Source: Candidatus Omnitrophota bacterium | Lineage (GTDB): Bacteria > Omnitrophota > Gorgyraeia > Zapsychrales > Fredricksoniimonadaceae | Direction of reading: 5' to 3' | Assembly: GCA_015232565.1 (NCBI GenBank) | Contig: JADFZK010000002.1 | Location: 57 to 64,056, forward strand | DNA length: 64,000 nucleotides | Shown here: positions 1 to 9,123 of the stretch, piece after piece | Layout of the letters: the number at the start of each line of letters is the position of its first letter | Position numbering within the stretch: position 1 is the first letter of the stretch | Translations under genes and position numbers: made by a program | Notes under the pieces: generated by a model | The model's input: only the letters and a program-made list of their open reading frames with translations | The model's database searches: none | Told to the model about the DNA's origin: nothing

Positions 1-17
1 GAAAAGGAGGATTTAAT

Positions 18-1037
18 ATGCCCAAAACAAAGATCATTTGCACTTTAGGCCCGGCTTCGTCGAATGCCACGACTTTGCTTAAAATGATGCGCGCCGGAAT
101 GGACGTGGTGCGCCTGAATTTCTCACATGGGACCCACGAGGAACATCTGGAGCGCTTTCGCCTGGTCCGTCAGTTAAACAAGAAGTATCGCCGTAATATC
201 CTGATACTTGGGGACCTGGAAGGTTATCGGATCCGGATCGGTTCCCTTAAGGATGGCAAGCCGGTTGAGGTTAAGAAGGGCCAGCGCCTTTGGTTTTCGC
301 CTGGGCAGGCGGCGGTGGGAGGGGACGTCATCCCGTTTGACTATGATGGTCCTTTAAAGGATATAATGACCGGCCAGCCGATCTTTGTGGACGATGGCAC
401 TATAGCCCTGGAGGCCGAGGGTATAGAGAAACAAATGCTCAAAGTTCGGGTAGTCATCGGCGGGCTAATTAAGGAACACAAAGGCGTTAATATTCCGGAT
501 GCCAAGCTGAGTTTCAAGGGCGTTACCGCCAAAGACCGTTTAAACCTGGCTTTCTGCCTGGAGAATAAGGTGGACTTTATTGCCCAGTCTTTTGTGCGCA
601 GTAAGGTTGATATCCTGGCTCTTCAGTCTTTGATCAGGAAACATAGCCATAAGCCGCAAGTTATTGCCAAGATCGAAGATCGAGCGGGACTGCGCAATAT
701 TGATGCTATTATTAACGTAAGTGATGGTATTATGATCGCGCGTGGTGATATGGGGGTCTCTTTGCCGATCTGGGAAGTCCCTCTGATCCAGAAGGCTATA
801 ATCCGGAAATGCAATTTGGCCAGGAAACCGGTTATTACCGCCACGCAAATGCTGGAAAGCATGACCGAAGAACGCTTGCCAACCCGCGCGGAAGTAACGG
901 ATGTGGCGAACGCTATACTCGATGGCACCGATTATGTTATGCTGTCCGGTGAAACAGCCGTGGGGGTTAATCCCGCCGGTTGTGTGGACATGATGAACAA
1001 AATAATTGTTTATACTGAAAAGAATGGTTCGCTGTGA
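18..1037 (+). CDS. pyk: pyruvate kinase (short, lacks the C-terminal domain)
   Basis: [42 protein letters not shown] and MLSGETA motifs; GGAGGA RBS upstream. Confidence 0.95.
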   Translation: MPKTKIICTLGPASSNATTLLKMMRAGMDVVRLNFSHGTHEEHLERFRLVRQLNKKYRRNILILGDLEGYRIRIGSLKDGKPVEVKKGQRLWFSPGQAAVGGDVIPFDYDGPLKDIMTGQPIFVDDGTIALEAEGIEKQMLKVRVVIGGLIKEHKGVNIPDAKLSFKGVTAKDRLNLAFCLENKVDFIAQSFVRSKVDILALQSLIRKHSHKPQVIAKIEDRAGLRNIDAIINVSDGIMIARGDMGVSLPIWEVPLIQKAIIRKCNLARKPVITATQMLESMTEERLPTRAEVTDVANAILDGTDYVMLSGETAVGVNPAGCVDMMNKIIVYTEKNGSL

Positions 1038-1621
1038 AGATAATCAATGGTAAAGATTCCGGGCGTAATATATTTATGCCTGCCCATATCCGCCCGACGC
1101 AAAACCTGTTGCGTAAAGCAGTGTTCGATATTATCGGCCATGACCTCGAAGGCCTGTCTTTCCTGGATCTTTTTTCGGGCAGTGGGGCCATGGGGTTTGA
1201 GGCCTTGTCTTGCGGCGCGCATGAGGTTTGCCTGATCGAACGCGACCCCAAATGTATTGAGGTGATCGAAGAGAACCTGATGATCATCAAGCCCGGAGAG
1301 CGCGGCCAGAGGGCAGATTTGATTACCAAGGATGTTTTTGCTTCGGTCAAGTTGATGGCCCGTGAAGGACGAAAATTTCATGTGGTTTTCTTCGACCCGC
1401 CTTTCGACCAGAAACTGGGGAGAAAAACCTTGAAAACCCTCCTGACGCATGATATATTACACCCCAATTCGTTCCTGGTGGCACAGTACGGCACGGATGA
1501 AACTCTGCCTGAGCTCGACGGTGTTGTGGAGATAGCAGGCAGATTTTTACTTGTCCGGGACAAGGTGTATGGCTCATCCCGTTTAACGATCTTCGAGCGG
1601 CAGTCCACAGAAAGTGTCTGA
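1034..1621 (+). CDS. rsmD: 16S rRNA m2G966 methyltransferase RsmD family
   Basis: [20 protein letters not shown] and DPPF motifs; canonical position upstream of coaD. Confidence 0.9.
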   Translation: MKIINGKDSGRNIFMPAHIRPTQNLLRKAVFDIIGHDLEGLSFLDLFSGSGAMGFEALSCGAHEVCLIERDPKCIEVIEENLMIIKPGERGQRADLITKDVFASVKLMAREGRKFHVVFFDPPFDQKLGRKTLKTLLTHDILHPNSFLVAQYGTDETLPELDGVVEIAGRFLLVRDKVYGSSRLTIFERQSTESV

Positions 1622-1622
1622 T

Positions 1623-2105
1623 ATGGTGCGTAACGCTATTTATCCGGGAAGTTTTGATCCCGTGACCTATGGGCACCTGGATGTTATGAAACGGGCCGCT
1701 TTGATATTTGGCAAGGTGGTAGTGGCGGTAGCCAATAACCCGAACAAAAAATATTTGTTCTCGCTGGCCGACCGGGTGGCTATGGTCAAGGAAGCTACCA
1801 AAGGAATGAAGGGGATCGTGGTAGAAGGTTTCGACGGTTTGGTGGTCGACCTGGCTAAACGCCGGAAAGCCGGGGTTTTGGTGCGGGGGTTACGGATGAC
1901 CGCCGATTTTGAATATGAGTTCCAGATGGCCGAAACCAATCGCCGTTTGGCGGAAGATATCGAAACCGTTTTTTTAATGCCTTCGGAAGGTTTTTCCTTC
2001 CTTTCGTCATCTTTACTTAAGGAAGTGGCCAAGTTCGGAGCCAAACTGTCGCCTTTTGTGCCGCCCTGCGTGGTTAAGAAGATGAAGGGCTCTTTTAAAA
2101 GATGA
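1623..2105 (+). CDS. coaD: pantetheine-phosphate adenylyltransferase
   Basis: YPGSFDPVTYGH, VRGLR...DFEYE and SSSLLKEVA motifs; start could also be the GTG at 1614. Confidence 0.95.
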   Translation: MVRNAIYPGSFDPVTYGHLDVMKRAALIFGKVVVAVANNPNKKYLFSLADRVAMVKEATKGMKGIVVEGFDGLVVDLAKRRKAGVLVRGLRMTADFEYEFQMAETNRRLAEDIETVFLMPSEGFSFLSSSLLKEVAKFGAKLSPFVPPCVVKKMKGSFKR

Positions 2106-2629
2106 AGATCAAGATCCGCGAAGTGCCGTTGTCCGGCATGGCATATACGGATCAGGCGCTGGCCGCTGATTTAGATATTGTAGATGATTTTATCGACTCC
2201 CGGCGGCCTGTTGTGGTAAGCGGGACGTTAACGCGGATCGAAGATTACATAATAGCTAACGTGACAGTTTCTTATTACCTGGCTATGGTTTGTGCGCGTT
2301 GTCTGACCGATGTTCACAAAGCAGGTACGGCCGTATATGATCTTGAGCTTGAGTTTGGACCGAAAGATGAATATGTTGACCTGGGCCGGGCTGTACGGGA
2401 TGAATTATTAATAAGTTATGACCCGCATACTCTGTGCGGGGATGATTGTAAAGGTCTCTGCACCGGTTGCGGTGCGGATCTGAATAAAGAAAAATGCCAG
2501 TGTGATGTTAAACCGATGAAAGGAAGTAAGGGAAATGCCAAATCCAAAAAGACAACATTCCAAAGCCCGCTCACGCCGGCGCCGGACGCATCAAAAGCTC
2601 ACGATCACCACAGCCAGCACCAAGGTTGA
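2102..2629 (+). CDS. YceD/DUF177 family protein
   Basis: CARCL and LCxxDCKGLCxxCGxxLNxxxCxC motifs; lies directly upstream of rpmF. Confidence 0.9.
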   Translation: MKIKIREVPLSGMAYTDQALAADLDIVDDFIDSRRPVVVSGTLTRIEDYIIANVTVSYYLAMVCARCLTDVHKAGTAVYDLELEFGPKDEYVDLGRAVRDELLISYDPHTLCGDDCKGLCTGCGADLNKEKCQCDVKPMKGSKGNAKSKKTTFQSPLTPAPDASKAHDHHSQHQG

Positions 2630-2735
2630 AGGCAGCAAGGCGGGTATCTCTCACCGGATTTGTCCGATCACTGGTTGCTATAAGGGCCGGCAGGTCGTGG
2701 CGCCTAAAGTAAAGAAAGCCGCAAAGAGCGCGTAA
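2535..2735 (+). CDS. rpmF: 50S ribosomal protein L32
   Basis: MPNPKRQHSKARSRRRRTH...HRIC..GCYKGRQV; yceD-rpmF-plsX synteny. Confidence 0.92.
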   Translation: MPNPKRQHSKARSRRRRTHQKLTITTASTKVEGSKAGISHRICPITGCYKGRQVVAPKVKKAAKSA

Positions 2736-2779
2736 AGCAGGCTGTTACCCAGCTGACTTTATCGTTATTTTCAGCACCC

Positions 2780-2938
2780 TAGTGTATTGAGTCTAATGCT
2801 TCTTTTTATTTGAAGAGCATTTGAAAATCGAAAATAGACCGCAATGGAGCCAAATGTTTTATTATTTCTCCATTTTCGATTGCTCCATTGCTCCAGTGTG
2901 GTGATTTAAATGTAAACTACATATAAATCACCACACTA
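2780..2938. repeat. dispersed palindromic MITE-like element, copy 1
   Basis: highly similar to 33012-33172; bounded by CTAGTGT...ACACTAG; internal hairpin AGTGTGGTGATTTA(2895-2908)/TAAATCACCACACT(2924-2937). Confidence 0.8.
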
Positions 2939-3025
2939 GATACGCTTAGTCTTTAATTTATTCAATCGGCTCATAATTTATTATGGGCAGGTTCCGAACA
3001 GTGAAAATAATATAAGGAGCCGCTT

Positions 3026-4009
3026 TTGAAGATCGTTGTCGATGCTATGGGTGGTGATCATGCGCCGGCTAATATTGTGGCCGGTGTAGTAGATGCTGTC
3101 AAAGAACTGCCGGTCACGATTACTCTTGTTGGCATATCCGACCGGGTCAACGCTGAGCTGGCTCGATATTCTTATCCCAAGGACCGCATCGAGGTCGTGC
3201 ATGCTTCCGAAGTAGTGGACATGGACGATAACCCGCTGGACGTTATTCGCCGCAAGAAAGATTGTTCTATAACTGTCGGCGTGAACATGCTCAAGAACGG
3301 CGGTTATGATGCTTTTGTTTCGGCAGGCAATACCGGGGCTTTGGTTGCAGCCTCAACCTTTTATTTACGGATGATTGAGGGCGTGGACCGTCCGGGTATC
3401 GGCCTGGTAATCCCGCAGGTTAACGGGGCGGCTTTTCTGATCGATGTGGGGGCCAATGCCGAACCCAAGCCTGAGCATTTGTACCAGTACGGGCTTATGG
3501 CGCGTGCTTATATGCAGATAGTCATGGGCCGCGAGAACCCCTCGGTAGGGCTGGTCAACATCGGCGAGGAAGAAGGTAAAGGCTCCGGGTTCGACAAGCA
3601 GTCGTATGATCTGCTTAAAGAAAAAGTCCCCGGCTTTCTGGGCAATATCGAACCGAACAAGATTTTTGCGAACAAGGCTGATTGTATTGTTTGTACCGGT
3701 TTTGTCGGCAATGTGATCATTAAGCTTTCTGAAGGCCTGATGGAATCCGCGGGTTCGGTTTTGAAACGCGAAATTAAAAAGAATCCTTTGGCCATGGTTG
3801 GCGCTTTGTTGATGATGGGTGCTTTAAAGGCGCTTAAGAAACATGGCGATTATTCCGAATACGGCGGGGCGCCCTTACTGGGCGTGAACGGGATCGTGAT
3901 GAAGTGTCATGGGCGTTCATCCCCGAAAGCAATCACGAACGCTATCCGCGCCACCATGCGCGAGGTAGATCATAACATTCTGGATAAAATAAAGGCCTCC
4001 CTAAAATGA
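3026..4009 (+). CDS. plsX: phosphate acyltransferase PlsX
   Basis: DAMGGDHAP, SAGNTGA, DVGAN, NIGEEEGKG, GGAPLLGV and HGRS motifs; TTG start after AAGGAG. Confidence 0.95.
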   Translation: MKIVVDAMGGDHAPANIVAGVVDAVKELPVTITLVGISDRVNAELARYSYPKDRIEVVHASEVVDMDDNPLDVIRRKKDCSITVGVNMLKNGGYDAFVSAGNTGALVAASTFYLRMIEGVDRPGIGLVIPQVNGAAFLIDVGANAEPKPEHLYQYGLMARAYMQIVMGRENPSVGLVNIGEEEGKGSGFDKQSYDLLKEKVPGFLGNIEPNKIFANKADCIVCTGFVGNVIIKLSEGLMESAGSVLKREIKKNPLAMVGALLMMGALKALKKHGDYSEYGGAPLLGVNGIVMKCHGRSSPKAITNAIRATMREVDHNILDKIKASLK

Positions 4010-4989
4010 ATAAGATCGGGATCATTGCGTTGGGCCGTTATTTGCCGGCTTTAACGCTTACTAATAAAGACATCGAGAAACTGGTGGAGACTACCGACGA
4101 GTGGATCATCACTCGTACCGGTATCCGGGAGCGCCGCATTTCTGCTCCCGGCGAGAAGACCAGCGACCTGGCTATTGCGGCTGCATTGGATGCGTTACGC
4201 AATTCGGCGGTCAAGGCGGAAGATATTGAGGCCATATTTGTGGCTACTGTTACGCCGGACAGCAATTTTCCTTCAGTAGCGTGCCTGGTGCAAAAGGCTA
4301 TTGGCGCAAAGAGAGCTTTTGCTTATGACATCAGCGCCGCCTGTTCCGGCTTTCTCTACGCCTTGACCACGGCCAAACAGTTTATTGCTTCCGGTCAGGT
4401 TAAGAACGCGCTGGTGATCGCGGCTGACCGTTTTACCAGTATCATCGATTGGAAAGACCGTAACACGTGTGTATTGTTTGGCGATGGAGCGGGAGCGGCT
4501 GTCCTGGGGAAGGTGGCGCAGGGGGGTATTTTATCCGAGTATATGATCTCCGACGGCGAAGGGGCTCCTCTGATGGGCGTTATCGCTGATAAGACGCGTA
4601 CTCCGCTAGATGCTTCTGTTGATAGTGCTAAATTACCTTATGTGGTCATGAACGGCCAGGAGTTGTTTAAACATGCCGTACCCGGGATGGCCGAGGCGGT
4701 GGGTATTGCGGCGCAAAAAGCCGGGTTGTCGCTGGATGACATTAAATGTGTAGTGCCGCATCAGGCTAACGACCGCATTATTGCCAGTGTTGCCAAACGG
4801 GCGGGTATTGCCAAGGAACGTTTCTTTATAAATATCGATAAGTATGGCAATATTTCGGCCGCTTCTGTTGTGGTAGCGCTTTGCGAAGCGGTGGAAGCCG
4901 GGCGCATTAAAAAAGGTGATAAAGTTGCTTTGGTGGTTTTTGGCGCCGGCCTGGTGGCCGCGGCGAACATTGTTGAGTGGAGCTACTGA
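4006..4989 (+). CDS. fabH: 3-oxoacyl-ACP synthase III
   Basis: AACSGF (Cys), PHQAN (His) and YGNISAAS (Asn) catalytic triad. Confidence 0.95.
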   Translation: MNKIGIIALGRYLPALTLTNKDIEKLVETTDEWIITRTGIRERRISAPGEKTSDLAIAAALDALRNSAVKAEDIEAIFVATVTPDSNFPSVACLVQKAIGAKRAFAYDISAACSGFLYALTTAKQFIASGQVKNALVIAADRFTSIIDWKDRNTCVLFGDGAGAAVLGKVAQGGILSEYMISDGEGAPLMGVIADKTRTPLDASVDSAKLPYVVMNGQELFKHAVPGMAEAVGIAAQKAGLSLDDIKCVVPHQANDRIIASVAKRAGIAKERFFINIDKYGNISAASVVVALCEAVEAGRIKKGDKVALVVFGAGLVAAANIVEWSY

Positions 4990-4990
4990 T

Positions 4991-5914
4991 ATGAAGGATA
5001 TAGCGTTAATATTCCCCGGGCAGGGTGCCCAGAAAGTGGGGATGGGCAAAGAATTATACGATAATATACCGGCGGCCAAAGCGGTATTCGAAAAAGCTAA
5101 TGCTGTTTTGGGGTATGACCTGACGGATATTATCTTCAATGGACCGGAAGATAAACTGATGGTCACCGCCAATTGTCAGCCTGCAATATTTACTATGAGC
5201 ATGGCGGCTTTGGAAGCATTGCGGGACAGTGGACGGTTAGCCAGTGTTAATGTCCTGTATACTGCTGGGTTAAGTCTGGGTGAATACGGCGCTCTGTGTG
5301 CGGCCGGGGTACTTTCTTTTGAAGACGGCTTAAAATTAATTCAGAAGCGCGGTAAGTTAATGGAAGAAGCGGCCAAAGCCAATCCGGGAAGAATGGCGGC
5401 TATTATTGGCATGGACCGGGATATTTTGGTCGAGATTTGTCGTGAAGCAGGTTGTGAGGTGGCCAATTTTAATGCGCCCGACCAGATTGTGATCACTGGC
5501 CTGGCTGATAAAGTAAGCCTGGCTTGCGACCGCCTGACCGCTGCTGGATGCAAGAAGATCTTCCCACTGGATGTTGCCGGGGCTTTTCATTCCTCCTTGA
5601 TGAGGCCGGCCGCTGACCAGTTTGTGGCGGCTTTATCCGCAGTACCGCTTAAAGACAGTAAAATCCAGGTGATTACCAATGTAACCGGTGCTCCTCAGCA
5701 AAATGTTGAGGATATCAGGGCTAATTTAGCCAAACAGATCTATTCCTCTGTTCAATGGGTTGACACTATTTCTTATATGGCTTCTCAGGGGATAATTGAT
5801 CTGGTCGAGTTCGGGCCGGGTAAAGTCTTAAAAGGCCTGGTACGCAAGATCAATCCTGCCCTGAATGTGTTGAATTGTCAAAACCCCGACGATATCAATA
5901 CGATAGCTTTTTGA
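4991..5914 (+). CDS. fabD: malonyl-CoA:ACP transacylase
   Basis: FPGQGAQ, GLSLGEY and GAFHS motifs; true start is the ATG at 4991 just after the fabH stop. Confidence 0.95.
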   Translation: MKDIALIFPGQGAQKVGMGKELYDNIPAAKAVFEKANAVLGYDLTDIIFNGPEDKLMVTANCQPAIFTMSMAALEALRDSGRLASVNVLYTAGLSLGEYGALCAAGVLSFEDGLKLIQKRGKLMEEAAKANPGRMAAIIGMDRDILVEICREAGCEVANFNAPDQIVITGLADKVSLACDRLTAAGCKKIFPLDVAGAFHSSLMRPAADQFVAALSAVPLKDSKIQVITNVTGAPQQNVEDIRANLAKQIYSSVQWVDTISYMASQGIIDLVEFGPGKVLKGLVRKINPALNVLNCQNPDDINTIAF

Positions 5915-5969
5915 AGTAAAATCAATAGTATTCCTTCTCGGCCGCGCTGGATAAGGTTAGAACTAAGCT

Positions 5970-7466
5970 ATGGATATGCGCCTGTTTCTTAGCCGTATTG
6001 GTGTTCTGCTCGCCGTCTACCTGGTGGTTATTGGCTTACCGGTCTGGCTCGTAATTTATTATCCGCTGGATCGTTTCGGGCCTCTTTTGGCGATGGCTGT
6101 TTTAGCTACCGTCGGCCCCTTCACATACATCTTCTTTCAAAATAAAGCCGCCGAACGTATATTTAAAGATCAACGCCGTTATCAGGCCACTCTGATCCAG
6201 GCTTCTGCCGGGATGGGACGTATCAAGGATATTCGCAAACTCTTGAAATTGATCGTGCGGATCGTTATCCGGGTGGTCAAGGTTGAGCATTGCGCAATAT
6301 ATGTCCTGGACACACCGGGCAACAAGTACACTCTTGGTGCGATGATCTTAAGGCGTCGTCCGGTTATGTTTCCTGCCAGTATGCTGATGGATTCAATCTT
6401 CATTCGGGAACTTACCGCCGGTAGAAGGCCGTTACTTCTGGCGGATGCTGAAAAGAAGATCCGGCGTAATTCTGCCGATAGTCAGATTTTGGCCAAAGAA
6501 TTTTCCGCTCTGCAGGGTGTTCTGGTGGTCCCGGCCATGATCGGGAATCGCTTGTTGGCCTTTCTGGTTCTGGGTCCGAGGATCTCCGGCCAGGCTTTTC
6601 GGGCGGCAGATATCGCCGTGTTCACTGTGGTGGCCAACCAGGCGGCTACAGCAATAGAGAACGCGCTATTCTACGAAAACATGAAAACAACCCAGGAACA
6701 ATTGTTCAAGGCCGAAAAGATGGCTACTATCGGCACTATGGCCGACGGTCTTTCCCATCAGATCAATAATCGGTTGCATGCCATGGGCTTTATTGCCGGC
6801 GGGATGCTGGATACTTTGACCCTGCGGAAAGACTTATTTAATTCACCTGAGCTTAAAGAAGTGGAAAAAGAATTCGCCTATGCTTTGTCGCGGCTTCAGG
6901 ACAATGTGGCCCGCGGCGGGGAGATCGTTCAGGGCATTATGAAATATTCCCGTAAAGGCGACGAAGGCCAGTCTGCTTGCGATATTGATCGCGTTTTAAG
7001 TTCCGCCTGGGAAATGGCGCAGTTCAAGATTAGATCGGATCAAATGAATATTGTAAAACAATACGATCCTATACTGATCCCGAAGGTGCTGGGCAACTTT
7101 ACGCAGTTACAGGAAGTTTTTTTTAATCTGATCGATAATGCTTACGATGCCATGATAGTGCGCAAGTCGCTCGCTGAGGATCCACAATACAGGCCGGAGC
7201 TGGCAGTGGGTGTGGAACCCGACGGTGGACTGGTGCGTATTATCTTTTCGGACAATGGTATCGGGATAAGTGAGCAGGACCGGAAGAAACTTTTTACGCC
7301 TTTTTTTACTACTAAAGCGACCGCCCGCAAAGGGACCGGGCTGGGGCTTTACATTATTCGTAAGATAGTGGAAGATGATCACAGCGGCCGGGTCGAGGTG
7401 GAATCCACGCATATGGGCGGCACTAAGATTATCCTTACCTTGACGCTAGCCAAGGCTGCCAAATAG
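5970..7466 (+). CDS. membrane-anchored GAF-domain sensor histidine kinase
   Basis: two N-terminal hydrophobic helices, GAF-like region ending ANQAATAIENA, H-box SHQINN, N-box NLIDNA, DNGIGI, FTPFFTTK and GTGLGL. Confidence 0.9.
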   Translation: MDMRLFLSRIGVLLAVYLVVIGLPVWLVIYYPLDRFGPLLAMAVLATVGPFTYIFFQNKAAERIFKDQRRYQATLIQASAGMGRIKDIRKLLKLIVRIVIRVVKVEHCAIYVLDTPGNKYTLGAMILRRRPVMFPASMLMDSIFIRELTAGRRPLLLADAEKKIRRNSADSQILAKEFSALQGVLVVPAMIGNRLLAFLVLGPRISGQAFRAADIAVFTVVANQAATAIENALFYENMKTTQEQLFKAEKMATIGTMADGLSHQINNRLHAMGFIAGGMLDTLTLRKDLFNSPELKEVEKEFAYALSRLQDNVARGGEIVQGIMKYSRKGDEGQSACDIDRVLSSAWEMAQFKIRSDQMNIVKQYDPILIPKVLGNFTQLQEVFFNLIDNAYDAMIVRKSLAEDPQYRPELAVGVEPDGGLVRIIFSDNGIGISEQDRKKLFTPFFTTKATARKGTGLGLYIIRKIVEDDHSGRVEVESTHMGGTKIILTLTLAKAAK

Positions 7467-7523
7467 ATATATTATTTTTTCTATTGCATTCAGCCACAGT
7501 TGTTTATAATAAATCAATTCCCT

Positions 7524-7883
7524 ATGCCTAAACTCTTGGTTGTTGACGATGAACTGGATGTACGTGAATTCTCGCGGAGTTTCTTTCAGAAGCGGGGCGT
7601 CGAGGTATTGATGGCGCAGGATGGCAAGGAAGCTTTGCGTTTGATCGAACAGGATGTCTTTGACCTGGTATTGCTTGATGTGCGCATGAATGGCATGAGC
7701 GGGCTGGATGTATTGCGTGAACTCCGTCGTCGTAATATTACGGTCAAGGTAGTGCTGGTTTCCGGGACCGAGGATGAGGGTGCGGTGCAGGAAGCCACCA
7801 GTTTGGGCAGTGTTGGTTTTATCCATAAGCCCCTGGTTTTGGAGGAGCTTAAGAGTGTGGTATTCTCCCATTTTTCTCAGTAA
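7524..7883 (+). CDS. single-domain response regulator (receiver)
   Basis: LLVVDDE, LLDVRM (phospho-Asp) and FIHKP; ATG at 7524 preferred over the TTG at 7500. Confidence 0.9.
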   Translation: MPKLLVVDDELDVREFSRSFFQKRGVEVLMAQDGKEALRLIEQDVFDLVLLDVRMNGMSGLDVLRELRRRNITVKVVLVSGTEDEGAVQEATSLGSVGFIHKPLVLEELKSVVFSHFSQ

Positions 7884-7886
7884 GTT

Positions 7887-9074
7887 ATGTTAGCCACCCG
7901 AATAGACTATAAAAAAGAGCTTGAAGCCGCCAGTAAAAGCATGATCATGGTGCATGATCATTTGCTTTTGATCAAACTGATGGTGCGGATGATCGTGCGT
8001 AAAGTCGATCTGAGCCATGCCGGGATGATCTTGTATGAACCCGCGCTGGATAGTTATGTGCTCAGCGTTTCTCGCGGCCAGGCGGGAGAGCGTATTCCCG
8101 AGAATTTTATCCGTTTTGACCGTGAGCACCCCCTGATAAAAGTCTTCTTCCAGAAAGAGTACAAATATCTGATCACTAACCGCAATGCGCTGGTAGCCGA
8201 CGATATTAACAAACTGCTCTGGCGTGAAAGTGTGATCGAGGGGGTTAACGGTACCCGGGACCTTTTGCATCAGGTTAGTGAGCATATGCCCATGCTTAAC
8301 AGTGTGGCTTGTGTGCCGGCATTTTATCAGCATCAGTTATTGGCTGTACTGCTTTTGGGTGAGAAGCGGGATGGCAGTAAGATGGAGCAGGAAGAACTGG
8401 ATTTCTTTTCTGCTTTGGCGTCCGATGTGGCGATGGCTATCCGCAATGCGCGTTTGTTTGAGGACCTCAAGGTTGAAGCCGACCGTGCGCGTAATTTGTT
8501 TATTCAGACCACAATTGCCTTGGGTTCAGCTATCGAAGCCAAGGATTCCTACACTCATGGCCATACGGAACGGGTTACCAAATATGCGGTTGATATTGCC
8601 CGTCGAATGGTCGACATGCAATTTCTAACGGTCCCGGCCAAGTTCTTTGAGAATTTGTATATTGCCAGCCTTTTGCATGATATAGGCAAGATCGCCGTGC
8701 CGGAATCGATATTGCTTAAACGCGACCGTCTTACCGAGGACGAGTTTAGCATAATACGGACACATCCTTCCCGCGGTGCGGAGATCCTGGCCAATATCCG
8801 CGATTTTGACGGCTGTGTGGCCGGGGTTAAGCATCATCACGAACACTATGATGGCAGTGGCTATCCCGATGGACTTAAAGGGGGCGATATTCCGATCATT
8901 GCGGCGATAATATCAGTGGCCGACGCCTTCGATGCCATGACCAGCGACCGTCCTTATCGTAAGGGGTTCAGCAAAGAAAGTGCGATGATTGAGATCCGCA
9001 AGTTCTCGGGTGTCTGGTTTGACCCTAAAGTCACCGAGGCTTTGGAAGCTTTATACGAACATGGTCAGATATAG
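7887..9074 (+). CDS. GAF + HD-GYP cyclic dinucleotide phosphodiesterase
   Basis: KDSYTHGHTERV, LLHDIGK, HHEHYDGSGYP and ADAFDAMTSDRPYR motifs. Confidence 0.9.
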   Translation: MLATRIDYKKELEAASKSMIMVHDHLLLIKLMVRMIVRKVDLSHAGMILYEPALDSYVLSVSRGQAGERIPENFIRFDREHPLIKVFFQKEYKYLITNRNALVADDINKLLWRESVIEGVNGTRDLLHQVSEHMPMLNSVACVPAFYQHQLLAVLLLGEKRDGSKMEQEELDFFSALASDVAMAIRNARLFEDLKVEADRARNLFIQTTIALGSAIEAKDSYTHGHTERVTKYAVDIARRMVDMQFLTVPAKFFENLYIASLLHDIGKIAVPESILLKRDRLTEDEFSIIRTHPSRGAEILANIRDFDGCVAGVKHHHEHYDGSGYPDGLKGGDIPIIAAIISVADAFDAMTSDRPYRKGFSKESAMIEIRKFSGVWFDPKVTEALEALYEHGQI

Positions 9075-9123
9075 AAGGGCTTGGGTAAATAATCTACAAG
9101 AATTTATTCAGGGAGGTTAGGGT

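Noticed and set aside
2820-2850. AAAATAGACCGCAATGGAG faintly resembles some CRISPR repeats
   Set aside because: Only two copies 30 kb apart, embedded in a longer conserved palindrome; no repeat-spacer periodicity and no cas genes
4916-4990. N-terminal extensions given by the ORF track (fabD, and likewise batD, IMPase, cobA-hemD, glgM, MATE, amtB)
   Set aside because: Downstream ATGs match family N-termini, RBS positions or stop-start coupling better
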